NCBI RefSeq assembly: GCF_025612915.1 | Contig: NC_069116.1 | Location: forward strand, 6,218,123 to 6,282,122 | Origin: Crassostrea angulata | Lineage: Eukaryota | DNA: 64,000 nucleotides | Direction of reading: 5' to 3' | Shown: positions 35,640 to 47,942 of the stretch, piece by piece | Layout of the letters: the number at the start of each line of letters is the position of its first letter | How positions within the stretch are numbered: the stretch's first letter is position 1 | Made by a program: the position numbers and the translations under genes | The notes under the pieces: generated by a model | Databases searched by the model: none | What the model saw: the letters and a program-made list of their open reading frames with translations, nothing else | Told to the model about the DNA's origin: nothing

Positions 35640-36010
35640 AACCTCACAAAAAAAACCCGACGGGGTATGGCGCGTTTGACCACAGAAATGCGTGGCAGGA
35701 CAGTTGGTATAGTGTCTGCAGGTGCTCCTATAGTGAGGTTAGAAAAAATGTTAATTTAACGATTACCGGTGATATTGGTCAAAACATGATGCAGCATGCT
35801 TATCTACTAAAACAATGTCATGTTTAGGTAGCCACATTGTTTAATAGGCACCACATGTCAATTGCAAGTTTGTACCGGAAATTTGTACAAACCGGAAGTG
35901 TGAGGGACCGAGCAAGAATTCCAAAGCGCCGCATAAATACTAGGCGACAAGACAGACACATCACATTTATCCAAGCAAATGGAGGCTACACCCAATATTG
36001 ATATGTGAAT
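35640..36010 (+). mobile_element. Tc1/mariner-family transposase fragment (N-terminal HTH region) with frameshift
   Basis: It translates to MARLTTEMRGRTVGIVSAGAPIVRLEKMLI... and ...IPKRRINTRRQDRHITFIQ, resembling the Tc1 G(R)PRKTTPR.DR motif. The ORF is interrupted. Confidence 0.5.
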
Positions 36011-36089
36011 CACATATTGGGGGGTACCAATGTTTCATAAACTGTACTCAAAGCAACTGGTCAATAATTTTGCAACAAATTCATTAATA

Positions 36090-36180
36090 AATCATTTTAA
36101 TAGTTTATCATAATACAGATTATTTTTCATTATCTGTATTATGATAAACTATTAAAATGATTTATTAATCAATCTTTGTT
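36090..36180. repeat. Near-perfect palindrome: 39-bp arms (cattaataaatcattttaatagtttatcataatacagat / atctgtattatgataaactattaaaatgatttattaatc) around a 12-nt loop
   Basis: The arms are exact reverse complements except for the terminal base. Confidence 0.85.
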
Positions 36181-36596
36181 GTGTTCAGATCTAAAACAAA
36201 GAAATAGTAGGTGGTGTGTTAGCATTTTTGCCTAATGTATTCTTATGCTTATACTTCTGAAGGCCATTTCTGGGGAAAATTTATGCGAGTTCTCCTCCAA
36301 AGATTCACTTGAAAATTTTAGAGTCAAAACTGTATGTGTTTATTAAGCACTTTATATATAAGTAGCATATAAATCATACATTGATATGTCATTATAACAT
36401 TATTTATTTCATGAAATTTTTTAACCATTCTAAACTGGAATTCTTCGAATTAGAATAAACACAATAAATTCTAAGATTGAGGTTGAAATCTCAATTTCTA
36501 TCCCTTTTCACAAAGCTCAAAAAAAGGAAACATAAAAAAAACGCATTAAAAAACATGCTCATATGTAGTCTAATTCAATGCAAATTTATTAATCAG

Positions 36597-36943
36597 ATCA
36601 TAAAAGAGCCGAGGTATCAGATGAGCCCGTTCCTTCTAGTCCTGATGAAGATGAAGAAAATCCTAAACCAGCAGTAAATTCAACAGGTCAAGGTCAAACG
36701 GGAGCCGATGAATTATATGAGCCCGTTACTTCTAATCCAGTTGAAATTGAAGAAAACCCTGAACCAGCAGCAAATTCAACAGGTCAAGTTGAAGAAAAAA
36801 GAGCCGAGGAATTAAATGATCCCGAGCTAGACACGGTGGACATAGATCAGGCAATCCCTAACAAACCAGAGGAACGGTCTATGCTAAACAATTATGACGA
36901 GACCGTCCGGGCGCTGAACTATGACGTAGAGGACCGTCCATAG
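36597..36943 (+). CDS. Candidate downstream exon of S1: Met-less acidic repetitive ORF (HKRAEVSDEPVPSSPDEDEENPKPAVNSTGQGQTGADELYEPVTSNPVEIEENPEPAANSTGQVEEKRAEELNDPELDTVDIDQAIPNKPEERSMLNNYDETVRALNYDVEDRP*)
   Basis: A 115-codon open frame opens right after a stop, beside an AG at 36595-96. It has no internal start Met until near its end and contains two about-35-aa tandem repeats. It needs a phase-1 upstream donor, which is what S1 exon 1 provides. Confidence 0.3.
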
Positions 36944-37583
36944 ACGTCATGGGGACTGCATTAATTCATTTGATTTTATTGATCGACGTAAAATAAATAT
37001 TTATATAATGTATTGATTTGTTTTATAACTTGGTTTATCCTTTAAAAGGAAGATAAAAGCTTCCTAAAATTTGAAGGGCACGACCCTTAAAAATCACTGA
37101 TATATAGTTTTTGAGCTTTGGTAAAACAAGTTTTTATATTTATATCCTTTAGTTCTGGTTTATGGGTAAAACAAGTTTGAATTATATCATATAATGAAAA
37201 TTACACATATATAATATATTATGCTTATAATTATTATTACATGGCTTTGAGGGCGAGATACCAGAATTTTTGCACTGAGGTTGCAGTTGCATGAAAGCCC
37301 TGGAGTGTTTTGACATAAAACCCCAGGGCCTTTTGATTTACGTTTGCTTAGTTAAATTTCGAACCCGACGTATTTACTTCATATTCAGAATTATTGTAAG
37401 CAAGGATGATTTAACAATTTCGGGAGGGCAATATAATTATTTCCGGTGTGATTCAGCAATTTTCAGGGTATAAGAATAAGATTATTTTACTTGTGACATA
37501 ATGAGAAAACTAATTAAAAATGTTAAATTACTAAATATAACAACACAAAATATGACATTGTATTTCAAAAAAAGGACAGCTGT

Positions 37584-37590
<7 letters not shown>

Positions 37591-37669
<79 letters not shown>
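37591..37669. repeat. (TA)n microsatellite, about 39 units
   Basis: Directly visible. The track ORFs 37482–37836 are artefacts of it. Confidence 0.95.
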
Positions 37670-37673
<4 letters not shown>

Positions 37674-40119
37674 CAACATCTTTCGTGATATCAGACGTAT
37701 TTTTGAGGTCGCAATTCATACCCAAATTATTATATGTCCCTCAGTAGTCTCTAGTATATCAGTGTATTATATTGCATTTATTTCAGCGGCTAGCTTACAG
37801 GCAACAGGTCTCATGTTGGCAAGGCAAGCTATCTGAGTAACGGGTATTTTAAAATATCTTAAATTTTGAGGTTCATTGGTTCTCCAAGACCTTACAATGA
37901 GTAAAAAGTAATATATTGCACTGCGATCATTTCCGTCATTAATGTTAAGTGCCGACGGGTGTTTTTTCCCCTTCATAACCCTTGTTCTGATGGAAAACGA
38001 AGGCCACTTAATATTAGTGTGGATTTCGTCTAGTCTCGAGTATCATATTCTTTTAATAAATGTATTAAAAGAACTGGGATCACTTCACCCATAGGTAAAA
38101 ACTTTGCTTTATATATATTTTATGAATTACGAAAATTCTTGCCTTTGTAGCTTTACAAGATAGAGGTCAGGTAAGTTAGGTCCATTAACTATAAGGTTTA
38201 GTTGGTCAGTTACTTTCATTAGACCAGATCAATATGAAAAAGATTGTGAAAGTTATTTATCCAGTCCCTTTCAATTTGTTCTAAATTGTATTTTATAGAG
38301 AGTCAACAATTTTAGGCCGACCTGTTAAACGGACTAGGGATTTTGTAAACATGATTTTAATGAGCGCCAATTCATATGTCTTAAACCGTATTTGTTATTT
38401 AACAGGAGTGAAGATTAATGGGATTGTGGATGTTCTCCGGCTATTGATTATACGCTCTCCCAAAACATTGGACAAACTAGCATTACAAGAGGACATGTCA
38501 ACCGAATTCCTTTTCAGGCTCAAATACTCCGATTAGATTCTTTGACTAAAGATGAAAATGGGGTATTATGGATGCTACCCTTGTATTCTCATATTTGTTT
38601 TCGTAATACAACTGAAGAAATAAGAACGGCAAACATTTGGTCAGACATATATTACGATTATGAATTGTAAAATGTGTTCATTATAACTTTGATTAATATT
38701 CTAGTGAGAACTGTTTTAATTCTCATATAAGGAACCTATTCTACCCGCTTCATATCAAAGTTTCGGTGGTCCGTCCCTTATTCCTATGGTTACCGTGCAA
38801 AAATGAACGGCGAAATATTAAATTATGGTGTTATAACGTCATTTGATGTTTCATTTATGCGCATTTTCTGTGTAGTTTTATAATGGCTACGCGGGTTACG
38901 GGTCTTGAGGCACAAAGTCCATTTTAGGGTCAACCGATCCCCCCAAAACTATTGCCTTTACAAAAAATAATGGTAATAGGGGATTGTGGGTGTTTTCCAA
39001 TCAATTGTTATACCGCATGCTAACATAATAACTGTGTTATTTGCAAGTCTTCCATTTTCGCAATCGGTCTTTTCACCGTGATCTGTTTCAGTTGATTTGT
39101 CCCTTTGCCTGTTTTTAACAAACACTCTCGTCAAAATATAGGATTGTTGATGCTTTCCAGTCCTCAACACCGTTCTCCAGGTATAGCTACGCCAGTATTG
39201 TCTTTGCACTCATCCCATTTTCCAAAGGCTAGAAACATAAGTTGGATGTCTAGAAACCATAACATCTTTTGACGTTTTTTAAATAGTATTTGGTTGGGCC
39301 TATCTCCCACATTTGGAAATCCATGACCAGTCGTTGAAGATTTAAAGATCCATCAATGAGAGAGTCTCTCCTAAAGTTCACAGTCTATCATATATGCCAG
39401 GTGTATTACTGTATTGTATTGCACAATTGATGCCATCCAGTCAAAGCAAGCTGAAGGGTTTAAGTGCGGTGCGTCTCTTTTTTAGGTGCTGAGTAACTCG
39501 GGTGCCCTATTGCTATCTGTTTTTGTCCGTCGTCTTGCGTTGTGCATTAATGATGAATAAACATTTTTAACTTATTCTTAAAACTGCAAGACAAATGGTT
39601 AATATCTTTGATGTGAACATTTCAATGTAAGGTGGGACGTAATTTGTGAAGTTGATGGCTCTGTCACCCCCGGGGCGCCACAGACGGGGCCAAATATGAA
39701 AAAAAACAACTAAAATTAACATGTCCCTTTTACCCGAAAGATGCATCATACTAAATTCGAAAAGAATTGGTCATGTAGTTATTAAGAAACAGTTTTAAAT
39801 TGTTCAATTATTAACACACGACACACTACGCACGGCAACAGACGAAAAATAATTGCAATAGGTCACCTGTGTGGCTCAGGTTTTAGTTTTTGAATCTTTT
39901 TTTTATCTTATCTTGCTATTTTGTATCAATGATAATATAAAATTCATATTCTGATCAATAAATTCGAACAAAAAATGGTATTTTTACAAAGAGGGAAAAT
40001 ATATAAAAAGGTAATGAGAAAAGAAGAAGAGAATATACATGTAACTGTAATTTGTTTTACGACCTGCAATTATTTATTGCATGAAACACTATGAAAAATT
40101 GTTTAAAGTAAGCGTAACA

Positions 40120-40600
40120 ACAAGAAAAATTAATTTTATAAATAGACGTCCCTTAGGTGACGTAAATCGTTTTTTGGCTTTAACTGTTTAATAGCATAAA
40201 AAGAAACCACCTTTTAAATATCTTTCCTATACAACTTCTTTCAGTATTAGAATAAATGAAGTTGCTTTGCAATATTGGTTAGGGAATCAACAGGTTAGAT
40301 TCACTTATAATGAATTTTAATAAACAGTTTATTTTTTAAGGTTTTTTTCTACATATGAGTTTATACTTGACCTTACGTCATTTAAGCTTCAATTAAGTTT
40401 AACTTAATTAGAGCTGTTTTTACAAGAGCTTGGACTTCGGGAAGTACGTGACGATCTCTTAAAACATTTTAGCGGTGTCACAATGAACAAAAAACACAAA
40501 ACCAAACTTGTAACATGTTTCGCATTTTGTAAGGACTCGTGATCAATAACAGTTTATCATCTGTCTATAAAAGCAGACCGGTGGTACATATAAATGAAGT
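40120..40600. repeat. Dispersed repeat family copy B (see 30170–30640)
   Basis: Alignment to copy A. Confidence 0.6.
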
Positions 40601-41789
40601 AATTGGCAACATAATGTGAATGCATGTGAATGTTACTGACTGTATAAAGAGATGTTATTGTGCAGTATCGGTGTTATATACTTTATATCGTATTACAATT
40701 TGAAAGACATCAACATTTGGGAATTGTTTGACGAAATACGAGCAAACTTGTCTTACAATGAGATATTGCAATATTTGGTGCCACCTGTTTTCGATCAAAA
40801 AGTAACAGAAGGAAAACTACAAATTGGTATGTTAGAATGACTAACATAACTTCCTACCTATTCTTTACCTTAGCCCCTAAATCATAAACGTTTCGTAGTA
40901 GCTTTGGCATAAACACTTTAAAGGAAATTATACCATGCCCAGTTGAGAGTTTTACAAAACTAAAATAGCAAATAAAGAAAGATAAAATTACTTTTTTATT
41001 CACCATCATAGTTTAAAATGAATATAAATTAATGAGAATATATTTTTTATTCCAGTACCACTGGCATATTGAAAAGAACAGTAAAAGAACTACAATTTTT
41101 TTTTAATCAAACAGTACTTTGTTGCGTTTTGATTTCACTCTTTATTTACACTAAAGAGAATTACAACACAGTAAATTTATTAAAGTACACTGTTTATAAT
41201 AGAATTTCTGCAAATGTTTTCCACATAAACTAACACATTGACTGATTTAAAGGAGAGGGTGAATTAAGTTTTTATAACTTGTGCCCAATCTTATTGTAAT
41301 ATAAAATGCAAAAAAATATGTTCAAATCAGACTGATTCATACTTATAACAAGGTACCTGACAGCATACTTATTTTCATTTGTTGACTTAGTAGTACAAAC
41401 GTCTGAAAGTTTTGAACAACTAAAATACATATGTCTCACCATGTATAAACCTATTTATTCCAAAATTAGACTGCAATTTTTTTTATCGTGTAAAGCTGAT
41501 TGAATGAATCAATTATTCTGTTTGAAAGTAGTGTACATAATAATTCACCTTTTTTGGTTGAGAATATAGTTTCTGTTACACTTAATCTGTTTGAAGATTG
41601 AGTATTTTCAAGATAACAGCTGAGACGACATGCTGAATTAATTATAACATGTGACAGCAACCATTGATTCCTAGTTTTCCTTTATCAAGGCGGAGTTACA
41701 AGGATTTTTCTTATTCTTAACGATCTTTCACAAAGCAATATAAAAAGATGATTAATTCAACTACGGTGACACCAGGGATCCGTAAGACA

Positions 41790-42057
41790 ATGGCAAAGAT
41801 TCAACTGACCACTCTGTTTTCCACAGTTCTTATCATATGTTACTGCAATGCAGCAGTCCTTCCTCCAAAGATCGATGAAAGCTCAGTATCTCAACCTGTA
41901 CCCATCCCGCCCCCATCAGGGAAGTGTGAATACAATGGGAAATATTATGACCCTGGAGTTATCGAAAAGGAGAAGAATGGTGACTGTGTGTCTGACGTCA
42001 CCTGTATGGAAGGCGGTGTGATTTCGATCGGGGACTGTTTGGAAAGAATGGATAAAG
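41790..42057 (+). CDS. S2: small secreted cysteine-rich protein, exon 1 (MAKIQLTTLFSTVLIICYCNA | AVLPPKIDESSVSQPVPIPPPSGKCEYNGKYYDPGVIEKEKNGDCVSDVTCMEGGVISIGDCLERMDKG)
   Basis: Signal peptide then four-Cys motif GKCEYNGKYYDPG...GDC.....C.EGG......C. TATA aatataaaaag at 41735 places the upstream ATG (41748) before the likely TSS, so the start is called at 41790. Donor AAAG|gtaggg at 42058. Confidence 0.65.
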
Positions 42058-42203
42058 GTAGGGCGATCATCATCGGCATATTTGCATAAATAATACAAAA
42101 CGTTGCATTAAAAAGTTGATGTTCTGTTTTATGAGATAAACGTAAAATAAGTATCTTAAAAAAATATAATTATGATTGTCTCACAGTATTTTGCTCATTT
42201 CAG

Positions 42204-42298
42204 AAGTTTCTGAGTATTTAAAACGAATAGCTGAAATGTATAAACGTCACGAAACAACACCGAAAATTACCACACCACCTCCTCCCATGTACTGGTAA
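42204..42298 (+). CDS. S2 exon 2 (EVSEYLKRIAEMYKRHETTPKITTPPPPMYW*)
   Basis: Acceptor tcatttcag|AAG at 42202-03, phase compatible. Stop TAA at 42296-98. The 146-nt intron is conserved in paralogue S3. Confidence 0.6.
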
Positions 42299-45177
42299 TA
42301 AACACAGACACGGCAATAAACTGTCTGAACGATCTGTTTTCTTACTATTTTCGGCGATGTAAACCGTTGCACCAATACAAATAAGCGAAGTCATCTATTT
42401 AAGAACATTACAAATTTTTCAACATTTTATTGGTTAACATATTATTGAGTTCATACATATACATGTCGAATATTGTTTGAAACTGATCATATCTGCATGC
42501 AGATATACTTACACCTAGAATATTACCCTCTCAAATAAGCATGTCACCTAGATGTTGTTATCAACAGTAAATCTACTTAGATGCTTTTGACTAGTTCAAG
42601 AAGCAAGCTGTTTCATCCACATCGTGCTTAACTGTTGTCGTTGTCAGTAATTGACCCACATACAGTCTGGCTGCATGGTTGCAATTATTTTGAGTGGATT
42701 GTTGCACCAATGGTCACTCAGCAACAAGGTAAGGTTTGCGGCTTGCATTTTCTGATGAAATTCAAATAATTTTGCCAGTGCCGTTTTATAACTACAAAAG
42801 GTCAAAGTTCATGATTTCAATTTTCATGTTGATGAAATGTAAACAATTTCGTGAAAATATATACATTTTATATATGACTTTTATGGGGGTAACTAGTATT
42901 CATGCTTAAAAATTTTGAAAACGATGTCGCTTTTTATATCAAGATTCATTTTTATTAATTTCCGATGAACTATCTAGAGATAGCAAATAATGCAACAAAA
43001 GTCTTAATTTTACCTACTATTTTGTAAACGAAAACATCTTATTTAAAAAACTTACAAGCCCACAGACTTCAGGAAAAACGTATCTTAAAATATGTTTAAT
43101 CTGAACTTTTTAAAACACAATTCAAAACAATATGATGCGGACTTCGTTTTTGTGGAAATTGATAAAATTCTTACCTCTTGAGATTCTTTCATTTAACCTA
43201 CAAAACTCCACGAAATAAATAAAAAAACAAACTTAAATCAATTATGACCTCATATAAATTTAGACGTCAAAGATGAAAAAGGGTAGTTGGTGTTACGTCA
43301 CAATGAAAATGTGAGATATCTCCCTGTAAGTGCAAACCTTACCTTAAGTCTGCTAAGAAGGTAACTTAAGTTTTTTTTTTCTCAAATTGAGCAAAAAACA
43401 CGACTAAGATTTTTTTTGTGAAACGCAGAGATTTTAGTTTACTCAAATTTGAGAAAAAAAACCTCAAATATTTGAGAAAAAATTCAGGTTCAAGTCGAAG
43501 ATTTGACCTTAGTTTTTTTTAGATCAACTAAACATGACATTTTTAACGTGAGCAAGAAACAAAGTAATCGGTACGTATTATTCTTTTCCTGTTAACTTTC
43601 TAAAGTAAAACTCAAGGTGTACATATTTTCCGGCAAGCAATTAAAGCAATATGAGCTGCAATTTTCATGCTGAAATTTTTTTTTTTTTTTTTTTACGAAA
43701 ATGTTATTTTCAAGTAAAATGACAAAAATGTCATGGTTTTTAAATTTCTGTTAGCCTAATTTTTGTGGTAAAAGACATTAAGAAGCCTTAAAGCAAAAAT
43801 GAATAACTGTCGTCAATACAAAAAATAATCTGCTATATACTCCTTAGAAGAGAAATCTTTCTACTGACAAAAATTAATGATTTTTTCAAATATTATTTAG
43901 CATAAAAGTTTAAGTTACATGCAGACCTAGCATACTAGCAGGTTTTTTGAAGCAAAATAAAATTCTAAAAGATACAGCTCATATTGCTTAAAATATTGTG
44001 TATTAAACAGGCAAAAATCACGTGCGTTTTATGAATCGTTAACACATTGTAGACCGTCATGCTTTGCGACTCATCCATGGATTGGAGAATCTTTTTGAAG
44101 TAAATACTGTCATATGTTGAATAATCCTATCCATATAAGGAAGTGTACCCGACCTGTTTAAGGAATAAGGAGCCATTCCTACAGAATGATGTGACATGTT
44201 CGTTGGAATGGTGATCAAGATCAATGAAGCCCGAAAGATATATGGTAGATTTGATCACTTCCAAGAGTATTTAATCATCTCATATTATTCACAGAATGAT
44301 TTCTTATTACTTGAACTAAATAGTTTTTACCAAGTGCTCAAAAAGATATTAAATCATAAACATTTTTACATTATTTTTTTCATTTCGTATAGTGAAGCAA
44401 ACCCGCCTTGCAATTTGGTCCTACAATTCGCGGAGAATTGCATTTTAGGACCAAAAACAGAACAAGGATAACTAAGAGACCTGCATTTTTGTAAATCATT
44501 CTCCCACAAAACATTTTGATTTTTGGCCGTTGAAAAGATAAATAAATGTGTAAATAAAATGGCACTTGTTGTGGTAATCTTGCAATAAAATTAATTATTT
44601 GCAATATATATAACAAATGGGTGTTTTTGTCATAGATTAGCGCTTAAGCAATCTTGTTATCGTTGCCCAGCTCGGCTTGTTGTTATAGACTGTCTGTTCT
44701 TTGCCCTCTCCTCTGTTTTTCAACATGGTGAAAAAAAAATATTCAATCGGAATACATCTAATAAGCCTTTAGTTTGGTTTTATCCTTTTAAACAACGGAT
44801 TTATGTTTTCCTGTCTTTTATTTTTGACTTTTGGTTTGATAGAGGGAATGAAAGAATAACTTAATAACAATTTACAATTTCTAGACATTACCAAAGGTAT
44901 AAATAAATAATATTATTAAGTAAACTATTAATATCATGCATGGAATCATAATCAAACAACACACAGAATGCTTCAATTTCGACTTGGTTAACATGGCCCT
45001 TTTATGTTGACTCAATACTTTATTGTCATAGAGAGTTGAGCTCTTGTAATTGACAAAGCCAAAGGGACAATTATGAACAAATGAACCAATTGAATACCAG
45101 TTAAGATGAAGTCGGAATTTTGAAGGGATACAAGACGTAATCTTGACACAAATCAAAAGGAACGAATATGTATTTTA

Positions 45178-45420
45178 TTGACATACCTGACTTATAAATA
45201 ACGAGAACTATAGCAATTATTAAAAAAAAAATAAGTAAATAAAAAACCAAGCCGTCCGGAACCATGCCAATTCCTGATATAATTTTCTCCTTCCAATTTG
45301 CGGTGGGGTAGTGACTCGACACCCTCTCCGATAGACTAAGTGTACATAGGACAGGAAACATTAGAACAAAGGGGATGTCATGCACAATAGCACGAATGGA
45401 GTGTCAATGTGAGAAACAAG
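45178..45420 (+). pseudogene. Decayed S1-type paralogue: promoter motif TTGACATACCTGACTTATAAATA, S1-like gaaccATG context and a 15-codon truncated ORF; remnant of ...GDCER...
   Basis: gaaccatgccaattcctgatataattttctccttccaatttgcggtggggtag aligns with S1 gaaccatgcagagcgctgttcttctcctactccttccggtttgttgtgggatgg. There is a premature TAG at 45309. Confidence 0.55.
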
Positions 45421-45945
45421 TAAATCTGTGTAAATTATTACTATTTCACACCTTAAATACCAATTGTTACTCCTGAGGAACTTTAAAAATACAACTTATT
45501 GGCAGGAGAACCATTAATGCATCACTCAAAGGAAGTGGAGGCAATGCTAGCATCTTACGATCCAGACACGACGAGATTTAAACTGCCACATCCCACCAAC
45601 CAGAAGGATGGGGTCGGTAATAGCGCCAACTGAGACCGGGTGTTGGACTTAAATGAGAGAAGAGTTCATTGATGTGATTAACTTTCACTATTCTAATGAT
45701 GTGACAAAACATAGAATCAGAATTTATATCTGCTTTATACTAATAATGGTTTCAATTAAGAGCACACTGATGGTGGATAAAATTGTTTAATTTGTCATAA
45801 AAAAGAAACCAAAATACGAAAAAAAGGAACAATCACTTGAAATCAGAGAAAACTATGTTTGAAAGTATCAAATAGTAAAAAAACAACCGAAAAACAAAGA
45901 AAGACAACCAACATTATATAGCAGCAATATTTTAACGAAGTATCA

Positions 45946-45988
45946 ATGAATGAATGAATGAATGAATGAATGAATGAATGAATGAATA
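45946..45988. repeat. (AATG)n microsatellite
   Basis: The run aatgaatgaatg... is about 11 units. Confidence 0.9.
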
Positions 45989-46510
45989 ATGGTATATTTA
46001 CTATCAAATTGTATATCAACATTAATCACCATAGTTTAATTTTATCTAGGTAAACTGTTTTTACTAATATTTCGGCATAAAAGAACTCAGACCGATTCAT
46101 TTTTATCACAAAGTACTTTACAGTATACTTATTTTCATTGGTTGAAAATATTCTCACCACGTATGAACCTATTTATTCCAACGTAATACTATTACTTTTT
46201 TCTAACCGTTTAAAGCTAATTATATGGAATAATTATTTCGTTTGAAGAAAGTATGTACACAGATGTTTATCTTTGTTCAGAATACAATTTTTTCTGTTAC
46301 ACATAATCTGCTTGATGATGGAGTACTTTTAAGATATCAGCTTAGTTGGCATGCTGAATTAATTATTACATGTGACACAAATCACTGATGCCTCATTTAT
46401 CTTTTTTAAGGCGGGGTTACAAGTATTTTTCTTTTTTACAACGATTCTTCACAAAGCAATAAAAGGAGATGATTAATTCAACTACGATGATACCAGGGAA
46501 CCGGAGGACA

Positions 46511-46784
46511 ATGGCAAAGATTCTGACAACTCTCTTTACCACATTCCTCATCATCTGTCACTGCAATGCAGGAGTCCTTCCTCCAAAGATCATTCTAGGC
46601 TCAATATCTCCATCGGTACCCACCCCGCTCCCATCAGGAAAGTGTGAATACAATGGAAAATATTATGATCCTGGAGTTATCAAAAAGGAGAAGAATGGTG
46701 ACTGTGTGTCTGACATCACCTGTATGGAAGGCGGTGTGATTTCGATCGGGGACTCGTCCGGCTGCTGGGGAAGTATGGATAAAG
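46511..46784 (+). CDS. S3: small secreted cysteine-rich protein, exon 1 (MAKILTTLFTTFLIICHCNA | GVLPPKIILGSISPSVPTPLPSGKCEYNGKYYDPGVIKKEKNGDCVSDITCMEGGVISIGDSSGCWGSMDKG)
   Basis: Recent duplicate of S2; flanks, exons and introns are alignable. Donor AAAG|gtaggg at 46785. Confidence 0.65.
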
Positions 46785-47847
46785 GTAGGGGAGATCATTA
46801 TCGGCTTCATGCATCACCCTGTGCAGACTTGGCAATGTTTCTGGTCAAAAGTTTTACATTTCAAATTATTTATTGAAAGATATTGCAAATCTATAACTGT
46901 AACATTGTGTTTTGCATAAAATAAACAAAACATATACAGAACGTCGCATTAAAAATAAAGTTATATGTCAATTATAAATAAGGCGAAAATGCATATTCTT
47001 GTTTGCTTACAAAAGTTACTAATATGCCGTAAATAACAATGCTGAATTCATTAGCGTTACAAGGGTATAGAAATTTAATAAATAAGAATTATGCATTTTC
47101 CTGCCAGGCCTTTTGAATATAAATCTATTACGTAATTTATCGATATCTCATTTAGACTAGTATACAAACTGCAATATTGACGTGTCAAGAGGGACGATTA
47201 CAATTTCTCCTATATAACATAAATTGATGATAACAGAAACAAAGTGTGTAACAATCAGGGACGTATATGCTATCCTGGAACACTGACGCATATATATGTC
47301 TTTTCCCATTAGAGCTTTTTTATTCGTATGAGTTTTAGCCTCTTTAAAATGGGCAAGAATAAGGGTATCGTCATTGACAAACGTAAAACACAAAAATACA
47401 TGATGTCATTTTTCAACAACTGTATTAAACATAGAAGTATAAAAGTCTTATCTACTGCATAAATTGTTTTGGGCATATACACAACCGTGTTATCTATTTC
47501 ATTTATCCAACAATAACAACATCTAATTTACCGCGGATTTTCACGATAAGTTTGATTAAGTTCTTACTTCATCAATATTCATTAGTAACAGTAGAATTGT
47601 TAATTTTTTGTTATTAAAATAAACCATTGCAAGCATTTTAAGCGTTTTATTTCATACCTTTCGACAGTTTTATTTTAGGCAAACAAATTTTGTTTTAATT
47701 TAGTGTATAGCATTTGAGAAAAACGTAAAAGAATTTTTCCAGCAGAAAAAACAGAATTGCTTAATTACAGTCCTAAAAAGTAATAAATCATGAAAAGATA
47801 CTTGTATATGTCATTGTTTTCACTTGGGTATATATTACTTATTTCAG

Positions 47848-47942
47848 AAGTTGCTGAGCTTTTGAAACGCATAGCTGATATGAGTAAAAATCACGAAACT
47901 ACGCCCAAAATTACCACACCCCTTCTTTTCATGTACTGGTAA
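47848..47942 (+). CDS. S3 exon 2 (EVAELLKRIADMSKNHETTPKITTPLLFMYW*)
   Basis: Acceptor cttatttcag|AAG at 47846-47. Stop TAA at 47940-42. The intron is 1063 nt against 146 nt in S2, an insertion in the S3 intron. Confidence 0.6.

Noticed and set aside
36477-36677. Track ORF 36477–36677 (+)
   Set aside because: It is in a different frame from the long Met-less acidic ORF that continues to 36943. The latter is the more plausible coding frame.
37482-37836. ORFs rich in IYIYIY at 37482–37836, 53810–54098 and 60707–61061
   Set aside because: They are translations of (TA)n microsatellites.
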